A stretch of DNA of 61,889 bases from an uncultured Gammaproteobacteria bacterium (GCA_965364575.1 CBDTYJ010000001.1:1-61889); one strand, 5' to 3'; positions 43,399 through 57,577 are shown, counted from the stretch's first letter. The notes: generated by a model from the letters alone, not told the origin. Numbers and translations are program-made.

Positions 43399-44391
43399 AT
43401 GAATAATTTCAGGGGGTTTCGAGTGCACCAGGATGGCGACGCCATCGCCGGCAGGCTGGACGAGCTGTCCCTGGACGATCTGTCCCCCGGGGATGTCGTG
43501 ATCCGCGCGCAGTACAGCAGCGTCAACTACAAGGACGCGCTGGCCGCCACCGGTGCCGGGCGCATCATGAAGACCTTCCCCCTGGTGGCCGGCATCGATG
43601 TGGCCGGAGTGGTCGAGTCCTCGACGGATCCCCGTTACGCACCCGGCGACGCGGTCCTCGTCACCGGTTGCGGGCTGGGTGAGGAGCGTGATGGCGGGTA
43701 CGCCGAATTCGTGCGTATCGACGGCGACTCCGTCATCCCCATCCCGGAGGGGCTCGATGCCTATCAGGCCATGTGTTTCGGCACGGCCGGATTTACCGCC
43801 GGTCTGGCCATCTCCCGGCTGGAACTCAACGGCCTGTCGCCGGAGCGGGGCGTGGTCGCGGTGACCGGGGCCACGGGCGGCGTCGGCAGCCTCGCCGTGG
43901 ACATGCTGAGCGGGCTCGGGTACCAGGTCGCCGCGGTGACCGGCAAGCGCGACTCTGCGCCTTATCTCGAAAAACTGGGCGCCACAGAGATCCTGCTGCG
44001 GGACGAAATCGATTACGGCAAGCGGCCCCTGGAAGCCGCCCGCTGGGCCGGAGCGGTGGACAATCTGGGCGGCGAGACCCTGAGCTGGCTGATCCGAACC
44101 ACCGACTGGTGGGGCAGCATCGCCAGCATCGGGCTGGCCCAGGGCTACAAGCTCGAGGCCACGGTGATGCCTTTCATCCTCCGCGGGATCAACCTGCTGG
44201 GTATCAATTCGGTCAAGACGCCCCGGGAACCGAGACTGGCAGTCTGGACGCGCCTGGCGTCGGATCTCAGGCCCCGCCATCTCGACAGCATCGCCACCCG
44301 GACGGTGGGTCTGGACGACCTGGGCGATATTTTCCAGGGCTATATCGATGGCACCGTCCAGGGCCGCACCATCGTCGCCCTCGAATCGTAA
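43399..44391 (+). CDS. acuI: YhdH/AcuI-family NADPH-dependent acrylyl-CoA reductase (MDR quinone oxidoreductase subfamily)
   Basis: VVIRAQYSSVNYKDALAATGAGRIMKTFPLVAGIDVAGVV and VAVTGATGGVGSLAV. The length and N-terminus are typical of YhdH/YhfP. Confidence 0.8.
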   Translation: MNNFRGFRVHQDGDAIAGRLDELSLDDLSPGDVVIRAQYSSVNYKDALAATGAGRIMKTFPLVAGIDVAGVVESSTDPRYAPGDAVLVTGCGLGEERDGGYAEFVRIDGDSVIPIPEGLDAYQAMCFGTAGFTAGLAISRLELNGLSPERGVVAVTGATGGVGSLAVDMLSGLGYQVAAVTGKRDSAPYLEKLGATEILLRDEIDYGKRPLEAARWAGAVDNLGGETLSWLIRTTDWWGSIASIGLAQGYKLEATVMPFILRGINLLGINSVKTPREPRLAVWTRLASDLRPRHLDSIATRTVGLDDLGDIFQGYIDGTVQGRTIVALES

Positions 44392-44488
44392 TCCGCCTGT
44401 CGCCGCCGTGATCGCTGCGCTAAAATAACGGGTCCTCCGGCCACCCGCATCCGGCGCGCGGCCGCCCAGAAACCGGGAGGCAACCCAA

Positions 44489-45388
44489 ATGCCATCTTCT
44501 CCTTCGGCGGTCCCCTCTGCGGGCGAGCGTCTCTGGCAAGCGCTGGAGGCCGAACGGCCCCTGCAGGTCGTCGGCACCATCAACGCCTACAGCGCCCTGC
44601 TGGCCGCCCGGGCCGGGTTCCGGGCCCTTTATCTGTCCGGGGCGGGGGTCGCCAACGCCTCCTTCGGCCTCCCGGACCTGGGCATCACCAGTCTCAACGA
44701 CGTTTGTGAGGATGTGCGCCGGATCTGCGGCATCACGGACCTCCCCCTGCTGGTGGATGCCGACACCGGCTGGGGCCAGGCATTCATGATCGCGCGCACC
44801 GTTCGCGATCTGACCCGGGCCGGTGCGGCCGGGATGCATATCGAGGATCAGGTCCAGGCCAAGCGCTGCGGGCACCGGCCCGGCAAGGCGCTGGTCACGG
44901 GCCCCGAGATGTGTGACCGGATCCGCGCGGCGGTGGATGCGCGCCCGGACCCCCGCTTCGTGATCATGGCCCGTACCGACGCCCATGCGGTGGAGGGTCA
45001 GGCAGCAGCTCTGGACCGGGCCGCGGCCTATGTGGAGGCCGGCGCCGACATGATCTTCGCCGAAGCCCTGCAGACGCTGGACGAGTATCGTGATTTCACC
45101 GCCGCCATCGACGTGCCGGTCCTGGCCAACATCACGGAATTCGGCAAGACGCCCCTGTTTACCACCGAAGAGCTGGCCGAAGCCGGCGTACGTCTCGCCC
45201 TGTATCCCCTGTCAGCCTTCCGCGCCATGAGCAAGGCGGCGATCGCGGTCTACGGCGCATTGCGCAGCGACGGTACGCAAAAAGCCGCGCTCGACCTGAT
45301 GCAGACGCGGAACGAACTCTACGAGATTCTCGCCTATCACGATTATGAGGCCAGGCTGGATCGTTTGTTCGCCAACGAACGGGACTGA
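44489..45388 (+). CDS. prpB: methylisocitrate lyase
   Basis: ICL/PEP-mutase family with the catalytic loop [15 protein letters not shown], next to prpC and prpD. Confidence 0.93.
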   Translation: MPSSPSAVPSAGERLWQALEAERPLQVVGTINAYSALLAARAGFRALYLSGAGVANASFGLPDLGITSLNDVCEDVRRICGITDLPLLVDADTGWGQAFMIARTVRDLTRAGAAGMHIEDQVQAKRCGHRPGKALVTGPEMCDRIRAAVDARPDPRFVIMARTDAHAVEGQAAALDRAAAYVEAGADMIFAEALQTLDEYRDFTAAIDVPVLANITEFGKTPLFTTEELAEAGVRLALYPLSAFRAMSKAAIAVYGALRSDGTQKAALDLMQTRNELYEILAYHDYEARLDRLFANERD

Positions 45389-45421
45389 AAGCCGGGTTCT
45401 CCGGCAACAAGGAGACAGACC

Positions 45422-46546
45422 ATGAGCGACAAGAAGAAAGCCGGCGGTCTGGCCGGCGTCACAGCGGGCAAGACCGCTATCGCCACCGTGGGCAAGGAGG
45501 GCGCCGGTCTCACTTATTACGGCTACGACATCTACGATCTGGCGGAGAACGCCTGCTTCGAGGAGGTCGCCTATCTGCTCCATTACGGCAAGTTGCCAGA
45601 CGCCAGTGAACTGTCCGCCTACGTCACACGCCTGAAGGGCATGCGCGGTCTGCCCGGGATCCTGCGCCAGACCCTTGAACAGATTCCGGGCAGCGCTCAT
45701 CCCATGGACGTCCTGCGGACCGGCTGCTCCATGCTGGGCAACCTGGAGCCGGAGGAGAGCTTTGCCCAGCAGCGCGACATCGCGGATCGGCTGCTGGCCT
45801 GTTTTCCGTCGATGCTGCTCTACTGGTATCGCTTCCACGCGGACGGCAAGCGGATTGAAACGGAGACCGGCGACGACAGCGTCGCGGGTCATTTCCTGCA
45901 TCTGCTCCACGACCGCCCGCCCAGCGACTTTCACCAGCACGTGCTGGACGTCTCGCTGATCCTCTACGCGGAACACGAATTCAACGCCTCCACGTTCACC
46001 GCCCGGGTTATCGCCGCCACGCTGTCGGATTTCCACTCGGCGATCACCGGCGCCATCGGCGCCCTGCGCGGCCCGTTGCACGGCGGTGCCAACGAGGCGG
46101 CCATGGAGCTGATCCAGCGATTCGACTCCGCCGAGGATGCCGATGCCGGTACCCGCGAAGCGCTGGAACGCAAGGACAAGATCATGGGATTCGGCCACCG
46201 TGTCTACACCACCTCTGATCCCCGCAACAAGGTGATCAAGGAGCTGTCGCGCCAGCTCGCCGAGGAGGTCGGCGACGAGCGCCTGTTCCCGGTGTCCGAG
46301 GCCATCGAGAAGGTGATGTGGGACGAGAAGAAGCTGTTCCCCAACGCCGACTTCTACTCGGCCAGCGCCTATCATTTCATGGGCATCCCCACGCCGCTGT
46401 TTACGCCCATCTTCGTCTGTTCGCGCACGACCGGCTGGTCCGCGCACGTGATGGAGCAGCGGGCGGACAACCGGCTGATCCGGCCTGCCGCCGACTACAT
46501 CGGGCCGAAGCTGCAGAAATGGGTTCCGATGGACCAGCGGTCGTAG
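45422..46546 (+). CDS. prpC: 2-methylcitrate synthase
   Basis: Citrate-synthase family (GFGHRVYTTSDPR, LHGGANEAA), in a prpB-prpC-prpD context. Confidence 0.93.
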   Translation: MSDKKKAGGLAGVTAGKTAIATVGKEGAGLTYYGYDIYDLAENACFEEVAYLLHYGKLPDASELSAYVTRLKGMRGLPGILRQTLEQIPGSAHPMDVLRTGCSMLGNLEPEESFAQQRDIADRLLACFPSMLLYWYRFHADGKRIETETGDDSVAGHFLHLLHDRPPSDFHQHVLDVSLILYAEHEFNASTFTARVIAATLSDFHSAITGAIGALRGPLHGGANEAAMELIQRFDSAEDADAGTREALERKDKIMGFGHRVYTTSDPRNKVIKELSRQLAEEVGDERLFPVSEAIEKVMWDEKKLFPNADFYSASAYHFMGIPTPLFTPIFVCSRTTGWSAHVMEQRADNRLIRPAADYIGPKLQKWVPMDQRS

Positions 46547-46582
46547 GGGCGGAGCCATTCACCCAAGCTCACAGGAGCAAGC

Positions 46583-48034
46583 ATGACATCCTTCGACGTG
46601 CGTTCGGCCAAGCGTCCGGACCCCGATCAGCCCCTGGTGGATATCGCCGAATACGCAGGGGAATATGTGGTCAGCAGCGAGCTCGCCTACGAGACCGCCC
46701 GTTATTGTCTGATGGATACCCTGGCCTGCGGGTTTCAGGCCCTGGATTATCCCGCCTGCACCAAGTTGCTCGGGCCGGTCGTGCCGGGCGCCACCATGGC
46801 CGGTGGCGCCCGGGTTCCGGGCACCGCCTGGGAGCTTGACCCTGTCCAGGGGGCGTTCAACATCGGTGCCCTGATCCGCTGGCTGGATTTCAACGACACC
46901 TGGCTGGCCGCGGAGTGGGGCCATCCCTCGGACAACCTGGGCGGGATCCTGGCGGTCGCGGACTATCTGAGCAGGCAGGCCCGGTCCGAGGGGCGCGAGC
47001 CCCTGACTGTCCGTGACGTGCTGACGGCAATGATCAAGGCCCATGAGATCCAGGGCGTCATCGCCCTGGAGAACAGTTTCAACCGGGTCGGTCTCGATCA
47101 CGTGTTACTGGTCCGGGTGGCGACCACGGCGGTGGTCACGGCCCTGCTCGGCGGAAGCCGCGAGCAGATCATCAACGCTGTCTCCAACGCCTGGATCGAC
47201 GGCGGCGCCCTGCGGACCTACCGCCACGCACCCAATACCGGGTCGCGCAAAAGCTGGGCTGCGGGCGATGCCACCAGCCGGGGCGTGCGCCATGCACTGA
47301 TCGCCATGACCGGAGAGATGGGTTATCCCTCCGCATTGTCGGCACCCACCTGGGGGTTTTGCGATGTCCTGTTCGGAGGCAAGCCCCTGAGCTTCCCGCA
47401 GGGCTTCGGCAGCTACGTGATGGAGAACGTGTTGTTCAAGATCTCATACCCGGCCGAGTTCCATGCCCAGACCGCGGTTGAGTGCGCCATGGGGCTGCAT
47501 GAGGAGGTGAAGGACCGGGTCGATGAGGTCAAGGAGATCGTCATCGAGACCCAGGAGCCTGGCGTTCGCATCATCGACAAGACCGGTCCCCTGGACAATC
47601 CCGCGGACCGGGATCACTGCATCCAGTACATGGTTGCGGTACCCCTGGTCTTCGGCCGTCTCACCGGCCAGGACTATGAAGATACCGTCGCCTCCGACCC
47701 GCGCATCGATGCTCTGCGTGAGCGCATGAAGGTCAAGGAGAACAAGCGCTTCACCCGAGACTATTACGATCCGGAAAAACGCTATATCGGCAACGCGGTG
47801 CAGGTGTTCTTCAAAGACGGCACGGCGACGCCCCGGGTCGAGGTGGAGTATCCGATCGGCCATCGGCGCCGCCGCGACGAAGGCATCCCGGTGCTGATCG
47901 GCAAATTCGAACGCAGCCTCGAGGGCAAGCTGACCGACGATCAGTTCGCGGCCCTGCGCGATGTCTGTTCTGACCAGAGCCGGCTCGAAGCCATGCCGGT
48001 GGACGAGTTCGTGGCGCTGCTCGTGGCGGGCTGA
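46583..48034 (+). CDS. prpD: 2-methylcitrate dehydratase
   Basis: 483-aa MmgE/PrpD family protein in prpBCD order. Confidence 0.92.
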   Translation: MTSFDVRSAKRPDPDQPLVDIAEYAGEYVVSSELAYETARYCLMDTLACGFQALDYPACTKLLGPVVPGATMAGGARVPGTAWELDPVQGAFNIGALIRWLDFNDTWLAAEWGHPSDNLGGILAVADYLSRQARSEGREPLTVRDVLTAMIKAHEIQGVIALENSFNRVGLDHVLLVRVATTAVVTALLGGSREQIINAVSNAWIDGGALRTYRHAPNTGSRKSWAAGDATSRGVRHALIAMTGEMGYPSALSAPTWGFCDVLFGGKPLSFPQGFGSYVMENVLFKISYPAEFHAQTAVECAMGLHEEVKDRVDEVKEIVIETQEPGVRIIDKTGPLDNPADRDHCIQYMVAVPLVFGRLTGQDYEDTVASDPRIDALRERMKVKENKRFTRDYYDPEKRYIGNAVQVFFKDGTATPRVEVEYPIGHRRRRDEGIPVLIGKFERSLEGKLTDDQFAALRDVCSDQSRLEAMPVDEFVALLVAG

Positions 48035-48141
48035 GACTCCTGACCCGGCCCGGACTCACCGATCGGCTGCGCTCCGCCCTGACCGAGTGCGGCATCGACG
48101 GTCCCGCGACGCTGGCGGCACAGCTGACCGCGTTTCTGGAG

Positions 48142-48681
48142 TTGCTGGATCGCTGGAACCGCAGCCACAACCTCACGGCCGTGAGGGACCCGGACCAGAT
48201 GGTGACGCGGCATCTGCTGGACAGTCTGGTGGTACTGCCCTGGCTCCGCGGGCCGAGGGTTCTGGATGTGGGCAGCGGTGCCGGGCTGCCGGGCTTGCCG
48301 CTGGCCATGGCCCGTCCGGAGTTCGGTTTCGTGCTGCTGGACAGCGCGGCCAAACGGGTCAGCTTCCTGCGCCACGTGGTGGCGAGACTAAGGCTGGAGA
48401 ACGTGTGTGTCATCCACGCCCGGGTCGAGGACTATGCCGACGAAGCGGGCTTTGATACCGTGATCAGCCGCGCGTTCGCCGCGCTGGCCGATTTCGTCAA
48501 TCTGGCGGGACACCTGTGCGCACCAGGGGGGCGCCTGCTCGCCATGAAGGGGCGGCTCGATCCCTCTGAAATGGAGGCGTTGCCGAAGGGCTGGGTGATT
48601 GCGGAGAGCCGCGGGCTGGCCGTGCCAGGATCGGATAGGGAACGACACTTGCTGGAGATCACGCGCCGCAGCGCCGACTGA
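48142..48681 (+). CDS. rsmG: 16S rRNA (guanine527-N7)-methyltransferase RsmG (minimal CDS from the only canonical start; real N-terminus probably extends to about 48031-48040)
   Basis: WNRSHNLTAVRDPDQMVTRHLLDS, the SAM motif VLDVGSGAGLPGLPLA, and VISRAFA. See the finding on the missing canonical start codon. Confidence 0.88.
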   Translation: MLDRWNRSHNLTAVRDPDQMVTRHLLDSLVVLPWLRGPRVLDVGSGAGLPGLPLAMARPEFGFVLLDSAAKRVSFLRHVVARLRLENVCVIHARVEDYADEAGFDTVISRAFAALADFVNLAGHLCAPGGRLLAMKGRLDPSEMEALPKGWVIAESRGLAVPGSDRERHLLEITRRSAD

Positions 48682-48685
48682 TGCC

Positions 48686-49471
48686 ATGACCCGAATTCTC
48701 GCGGTTGCCAACCAGAAAGGCGGGGTGGGTAAGACCACCACTACCGTCAACCTGGCCGCCTCGCTCGCCGCCACCAAGCGGCGGGTCCTGCTGGTGGACA
48801 TGGACCCCCAGGGCAACGCCACCATGGGCTGCGGCGTCGACAAGAACGATCTCGCGCTGAGCAGCTGCGAGGTGCTGCTCGGGGACGCCGGTGCGGCCGA
48901 GGTGATCCTGCCCGCGCCCCAGGGCGATTTCGATATCCTTCCCGCCAACGCCGATCTGACCGCTGCAGAAGTGCGGCTGATCAGCGAATTCGGCCGCGAG
49001 ACCCGACTGCGCAACGCACTGGCGCCGGTGCAGGCCGAATATGACTATGTCCTCATCGATTGCCCGCCGTCGATCAACATGCTGACCGTCAATGCGCTGA
49101 CTGCCGCCACCGGGGTCCTGATCCCCATGCAGTGCGAGTATTACGCGCTGGAAGGTCTTTCGGCCCTGATGTCGACGGTCGAGCAGATCCGCGGCGCCGT
49201 CAATCCCGGGTTGCGGCTGGAGGGGCTGTTGCGGACCATGTTCGACCCGCGCAACAACCTTGCCAACGAGGTGTCCGGGCAGCTCATCATGCATTTCGGC
49301 GACAAGGTCTATCGGACCGTGATCCCCCGGAACATCCGCCTGGCCGAGGCACCCAGTTTCGGCACGCCGGTGCTGTTCCACGATAAATATTCCCGTGGCG
49401 CTCTGTCCTACCTGGCCCTCGCCGGAGAGATGATCCGGCGGGAGGAGGCCGAAACCCGGACCAGCGCCTGA
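48686..49471 (+). CDS. parA: chromosome partitioning ATPase ParA (Soj)
   Basis: MTRILAVANQKGGVGKTTT deviant Walker A. Start at ATG 48686. Confidence 0.95.
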   Translation: MTRILAVANQKGGVGKTTTTVNLAASLAATKRRVLLVDMDPQGNATMGCGVDKNDLALSSCEVLLGDAGAAEVILPAPQGDFDILPANADLTAAEVRLISEFGRETRLRNALAPVQAEYDYVLIDCPPSINMLTVNALTAATGVLIPMQCEYYALEGLSALMSTVEQIRGAVNPGLRLEGLLRTMFDPRNNLANEVSGQLIMHFGDKVYRTVIPRNIRLAEAPSFGTPVLFHDKYSRGALSYLALAGEMIRREEAETRTSA

Positions 49472-49524
49472 GCTCTGCTACACTTCTGGCCCCGATTACT
49501 CCACAGACCTGAGAGATCACAGCC

Positions 49525-50409
49525 ATGTCTGCCAGGCGACGCACCCTCGGCCGCGGCCTCGATGCCCTGCTAGGCCCAACGTCCACCGGTAAGGAGGGTC
49601 CGGCCGGCGCCGACGGCGAGCTGCGCGCGCTGCCGGTGGATCAGCTACAGCGGGGCCAGTATCAGCCACGGGTGGACATGCGGCCCGAGTCCCTCGACGA
49701 GCTGGCAAATTCCATCCGCGCCCAGGGCGTGGTCCAGCCGATCGTGGTCCGTGCCATCAAGGATGGCCCCGGCCAGGTGCGTTACGAAATCATCGCAGGT
49801 GAACGGCGCTGGCGGGCCGCACAGCTGGCGGGTCTGCAGGAGATCCCGGCAGTCGTGAGGGAGGTCGGCGATTCGGCTGCCATGGCCATGGCCCTGATCG
49901 AGAATATCCAGCGGGAGAACCTCAACCCGCTGGAGGAAGCCCGGGCCCTGGAACGGCTGATCGACGAATTCGACATGACCCACCAGCAGGCTGCCGAGGC
50001 CGTCGGACGCTCACGGGCGGCGGTCAGCAATCTGCTGCGGCTGCTGGACCTGTGTCCGGAGGCCAAGACCCTGGTGGAGGAGCGGAAGCTGGAGATGGGC
50101 CATGCCCGGGCGCTGCTGGCGCTGGCCGATGCGCGCGAACAGGCAGCGGCTGCGCGCAAAGTGGCTGTGGCCGGTTATTCCGTGCGGGAGACCGAGCGGC
50201 TGGTCAAGCGGCTGACCAGTCATCCCCCCGCTGGCAAGGGCAAGGCACCGCCTCGCAAGGATCCGGATATCCAGCGTCTGGAGTCCGATCTGGGCGACCG
50301 GCTGGGCGCCAGCGTCAGTATCCAGCACGGCGCCGGAGGCAAGGGCAAGCTGGTCATCGGCTACAACAGTCTCGAGGAGCTCGAGGGCATCCTCGCCCAC
50401 GTCAAGTAA
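49525..50409 (+). CDS. parB: chromosome partitioning protein ParB (Spo0J)
   Basis: GLDALL, the IIAGERRWRAA ParB box, IENIQRENLNPLEEA and an HTH. Confidence 0.95.
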   Translation: MSARRRTLGRGLDALLGPTSTGKEGPAGADGELRALPVDQLQRGQYQPRVDMRPESLDELANSIRAQGVVQPIVVRAIKDGPGQVRYEIIAGERRWRAAQLAGLQEIPAVVREVGDSAAMAMALIENIQRENLNPLEEARALERLIDEFDMTHQQAAEAVGRSRAAVSNLLRLLDLCPEAKTLVEERKLEMGHARALLALADAREQAAAARKVAVAGYSVRETERLVKRLTSHPPAGKGKAPPRKDPDIQRLESDLGDRLGASVSIQHGAGGKGKLVIGYNSLEELEGILAHVK

Positions 50410-50421
50410 GTCAGCCTCACG

Positions 50422-50451
50422 TTGCACCGCGACAGCGGCAGACTCTATAAT
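50422..50451 (+). promoter_or_regulatory. sigma70-type promoter candidate for the atp operon
   Basis: TTGCAC (50422-50427), an 18-nt spacer, then TATAAT (50446-50451). It lies 12 nt after the parB stop. Confidence 0.6.
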
Positions 50452-50585
50452 AATGGGGCTCCGAGCCGGTCATCCGTTTTGGTCTCGGGATCGGGGCCCG
50501 GTGGTCACGCCACACACCGCTCGACCGGGGGTAGTGGCGTTTTTATTTCCACCCGGACGTTCAACAGGAATTTCGATGAAATCGG

Positions 50586-50999
50586 GTGTCGGGGGCTTTC
50601 TGCAGCGTGAGTGTCGCGCCGGACGTAAACCCCCTGGCAGCCATTTCCAGGATATTGATCGCTCAGCTGTCTGCGGGCTTGCTGGTCGGCGGCGTCGGGC
50701 TGGCAGTGGCCGGCCGCACCGCCGCCCTGTCCGCGGTCCTGGGGGGCCTGATCTGCGTGATCCCGAACGCCTTTCTGGCTTTGCGGATGATCGCGGGCGG
50801 GGCCGGCCATGATCCCCGGCGGATGCTCAGAGCGTCCTACGTGGGGGCGGCGGGGAAGCTGGCGCTGACGGCCGCGTTGTTCGCGGCAGTGTTCGTGCTG
50901 GTGCGGCCGCTGGCCGCAGGCTGGTTGTTCGGCGCCTTCGTGCTGACGCAGGCGATAGTTTGGATCTTCCTGGTCACGGATCGGGGAGCAGGAACCTAA
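50586..50999 (+). CDS. atpI: ATP synthase protein I
   Basis: Small hydrophobic protein with about 4 TM segments, immediately upstream of atpB. GTG start is uncertain (alternative GTG 50607). Confidence 0.75.
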   Translation: MSGAFCSVSVAPDVNPLAAISRILIAQLSAGLLVGGVGLAVAGRTAALSAVLGGLICVIPNAFLALRMIAGGAGHDPRRMLRASYVGAAGKLALTAALFAAVFVLVRPLAAGWLFGAFVLTQAIVWIFLVTDRGAGT

Positions 51000-51010
51000 A
51001 GAAGGGTTGA

Positions 51011-51826
<816 letters not shown>

Positions 51827-51860
51827 TCTTTTCTCTTGTAAGCCATCAATACCTGACTAG

Positions 51861-52139
<279 letters not shown>

Positions 52140-52184
52140 AGACCCCGACTCCCTTTCCGGACCGGAACAACGAGGAGTGGCAAG

Positions 52185-52655
52185 GTGGATTTCAACCTGA
52201 CTTTAATCGGCCAGAGCATCGCGATGGTCGTGTTCGTGTGGTTCTGCATGCGCTTCGTCTGGCCGCCGATGATGCAGGCCCTGGACGATCGGCAGAAGAA
52301 GATTGCCGATGGCCTGGCGGCCGCGGAGCAGGGCCAGCAGGAACTTGAACGCGCGCGCGGCAAGTTCAACGAGACCGTCCGTGAGTCCCGCGAGCAGGCG
52401 GCGGAAATCATCAAGCATGCGGAGCGCCGCTCCAAGGAGATGATCGCGGAGGCCCAGCAGGCCGCGGTGGCCGAAGGCGAGCGTCTGATCGCTCAGGCCC
52501 GTGCCGAGATCGAGCAGGAAGCCAACCGGGCCCGGGAGGCGCTGCGTGGCCAGGTGGCGGCGATCGCCGTGGAGGGTACCCGCCAGCTGTTGGGCCGCGA
52601 GGTCGACGCCGCCGCCCACCAGGATCTCCTGAACAAGCTCGCCTCCGAGCTCTAG
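52185..52655 (+). CDS. atpF: F0F1 ATP synthase subunit b
   Basis: VDFNLTLIGQSIAMVVFVWFCMRFVWPP TM helix, then a long charged helix. GTG start with a GAGGAG RBS. Confidence 0.93.
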   Translation: MDFNLTLIGQSIAMVVFVWFCMRFVWPPMMQALDDRQKKIADGLAAAEQGQQELERARGKFNETVRESREQAAEIIKHAERRSKEMIAEAQQAAVAEGERLIAQARAEIEQEANRAREALRGQVAAIAVEGTRQLLGREVDAAAHQDLLNKLASEL

Positions 52656-52671
52656 CGCGGGAGCACCAGAC

Positions 52672-53208
52672 ATGGCCGAGAAGATCACCGTCGCGCGTCC
52701 CTACGCCCGTGCCGTATTCGAGCTCGCGCGGGAGCGGGATGCCTTTGCCGGCTGGTCCGACCTGCTCGCCGTGGCGGCGCGGGTCGCATCCGACCCGGCC
52801 TTCAGCAAGCTGCTGGGCAATCCGGCGATGGAAGACCGGCAGCTGGCGGATATCGTGATCGAGCTGTGCGGAGACCAGGCCGACGAATTTGGCCGCAACT
52901 TCATCCGGCTGCTGGCGGACAACGACCGCCTGGCCTACCTGCCGGAGATCTCCATGGAATTCGAGCAGCTGCGGGCCGAAGCCGAGAAGATCGTCGACGT
53001 CGAGGTGACTTCGGCCGTGGCGCTGGATGAGCCGCAGCAGCAGAAGATCGCCGCGGCCATGCGGGAGCGCCTGGGCAGCAACGTGCGGCTGCATTGTGAA
53101 ATCGACGAGTCGTTACTGGGTGGCGCCGTAGTGCGTGCCGGCGACCTGGTCATAGACGGTTCGCTGCGCGGAAGGCTTGACCGCCTCGCCGGCGCCCTGA
53201 CCCACTGA
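52672..53208 (+). CDS. atpH: F0F1 ATP synthase subunit delta
   Basis: [14 protein letters not shown]... OSCP/delta family, in operon order. Confidence 0.93.
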   Translation: MAEKITVARPYARAVFELARERDAFAGWSDLLAVAARVASDPAFSKLLGNPAMEDRQLADIVIELCGDQADEFGRNFIRLLADNDRLAYLPEISMEFEQLRAEAEKIVDVEVTSAVALDEPQQQKIAAAMRERLGSNVRLHCEIDESLLGGAVVRAGDLVIDGSLRGRLDRLAGALTH

Positions 53209-53221
53209 GAGGATTTGCGAA

Positions 53222-54763
<1,542 letters not shown>

Positions 54764-54777
54764 TCCCGGAGTAGAAC

Positions 54778-55641
54778 ATGGCAGTCGGCAAGGAAATCCG
54801 CACCCAGATCAAGAGCATCCAGAATACGCAGAAGATCACCAAAGCCATGGAGATGGTGGCGGCGAGCAAGATGCGGAAAGCTCAGGATCGGATGGAAGCC
54901 TCGAGACCGTACGCGGAGGAGATCCGCAAGGTCATCGGCCATCTGCGGATGGCGAACCCGGACTTCAAGCCGCCGCTGCTGTTCGCACGCGAGGAAGTGC
55001 GCCGGGTCGGCTATATCATCGTCTCCACCGACCGCGGTCTGTGTGGCGGACTCAACGCCAACATGTTCCGCATGCTGTTGAAAGAGATCATCGACTGGCA
55101 GCAGAAGGGCGTGGAAGTGGATCTCTGCCTGATGGGACGGAAGGCCCGACAGTTCTTCCGGCGGGTGCAGGTCAATGTCGTCGCCGCGGTCACCGATCTG
55201 GGCGATATCCCGCACGTGCGGGATCTCATCGGCACCATCCAGGTGATGCTGGACGGTTATCGTGAAGGCAATCTCGACCGGGTGTTCATCGCCCACAACG
55301 AGTTCATCAACACCATGAGCCAGAAGCCGGTGGTGCGGACCCTGATTCCGGTGGAAGTGGGAGATCAGGAAGAGCTGCAGACCCACTGGGATTACATCTA
55401 CGAGCCTGGCGCCATGGAGCTGCTGCCCGGCGTGCTGGCGCGCTATATCGAGTCCCAGGTCTACCGGGCGGCGGTCGAAAATGTCTCCTGCGAGATGGCG
55501 GCGCGGATGGTCGCGATGAAGAGCGCGACAGACAATGCCGGCACGCTGATCGACGATCTGAAACTGGCCTACAACAAGGCGCGGCAAGCGGCCATCACCC
55601 AGGAACTCTCGGAAATTGTCGGTGGCGCCGCGGCGGTCTGA
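54778..55641 (+). CDS. atpG: F0F1 ATP synthase subunit gamma
   Basis: [32 protein letters not shown]...[14 protein letters not shown]. Confidence 0.96.
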   Translation: MAVGKEIRTQIKSIQNTQKITKAMEMVAASKMRKAQDRMEASRPYAEEIRKVIGHLRMANPDFKPPLLFAREEVRRVGYIIVSTDRGLCGGLNANMFRMLLKEIIDWQQKGVEVDLCLMGRKARQFFRRVQVNVVAAVTDLGDIPHVRDLIGTIQVMLDGYREGNLDRVFIAHNEFINTMSQKPVVRTLIPVEVGDQEELQTHWDYIYEPGAMELLPGVLARYIESQVYRAAVENVSCEMAARMVAMKSATDNAGTLIDDLKLAYNKARQAAITQELSEIVGGAAAV

Positions 55642-55684
55642 ATCCGCGGCGCGCCAGACCAGAAATATTCAATAGAGGAATTGA

Positions 55685-57067
<1,383 letters not shown>

Positions 57068-57102
57068 AGTCGACGGCAGGCAGAGTCCTGCGGGATACAC
57101 CT

Positions 57103-57540
57103 ATGAACACCATTCACGTCAACATCGTCAGCGCCGAGGGCGAAATCTTTGTCGGCGAGGCGACGATGGTCTTCGCGCCCGCCCAGATGGGCGAAGTGGG
57201 CATCGCGCCCCGACACGCGCCTCTGCTGACCGGCCTGAAACCGGGCGGCGTCCGGGTACAACGCCAGTCGGAGAAGGGGGAACCGGAGGAGCTCTATTTC
57301 TACGTCTCCGGCGGCGTGCTCGAGGTGCAGCCGAAGAGCGTCACCGTACTGGCCGATTCCGCCATGCGCGCCAAGGATCTGGACGAGGCCGCTGCGGAGG
57401 AGGCGCGCAAGCGGGCCGAGGAGATGCTGAAGGAGCGCACCAGCGCGGTGGAAGTGGCTACCGCTCAGGCCGAACTGGCCGCGGCAGCCGCCCAGATCCA
57501 TCTGCTGCAGAAGATCAAGAAGGCTGCGAAGACCCGATAG
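57103..57540 (+). CDS. atpC: F0F1 ATP synthase subunit epsilon
   Basis: IHVNIVSAEGEIF... beta-sandwich plus a helical C-terminus, at the operon end. Confidence 0.93.
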   Translation: MNTIHVNIVSAEGEIFVGEATMVFAPAQMGEVGIAPRHAPLLTGLKPGGVRVQRQSEKGEPEELYFYVSGGVLEVQPKSVTVLADSAMRAKDLDEAAAEEARKRAEEMLKERTSAVEVATAQAELAAAAAQIHLLQKIKKAAKTR

Positions 57541-57577
57541 CTCGCCGGATCCGTCGGCAGGATCGCATCCATGTATC

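Noticed and set aside
26474-48141. Treating the mnmE-mnmG and mnmG-rsmG inserts as recent horizontally acquired islands or mobile elements.
   Set aside because: Composition and codon style look the same as the flanking core genes. There are no integrase or transposase genes, flanking repeats or tRNA genes. Junctions are tight translational overlaps, which fits old lineage-specific rearrangement better.
50453-50812. 119-aa ORF overlapping the atp leader and atpI in another frame.
   Set aside because: It is Arg/Gly/Pro-rich and low in complexity. The overlapping frame encodes a convincing multi-TM AtpI in the expected operon position.
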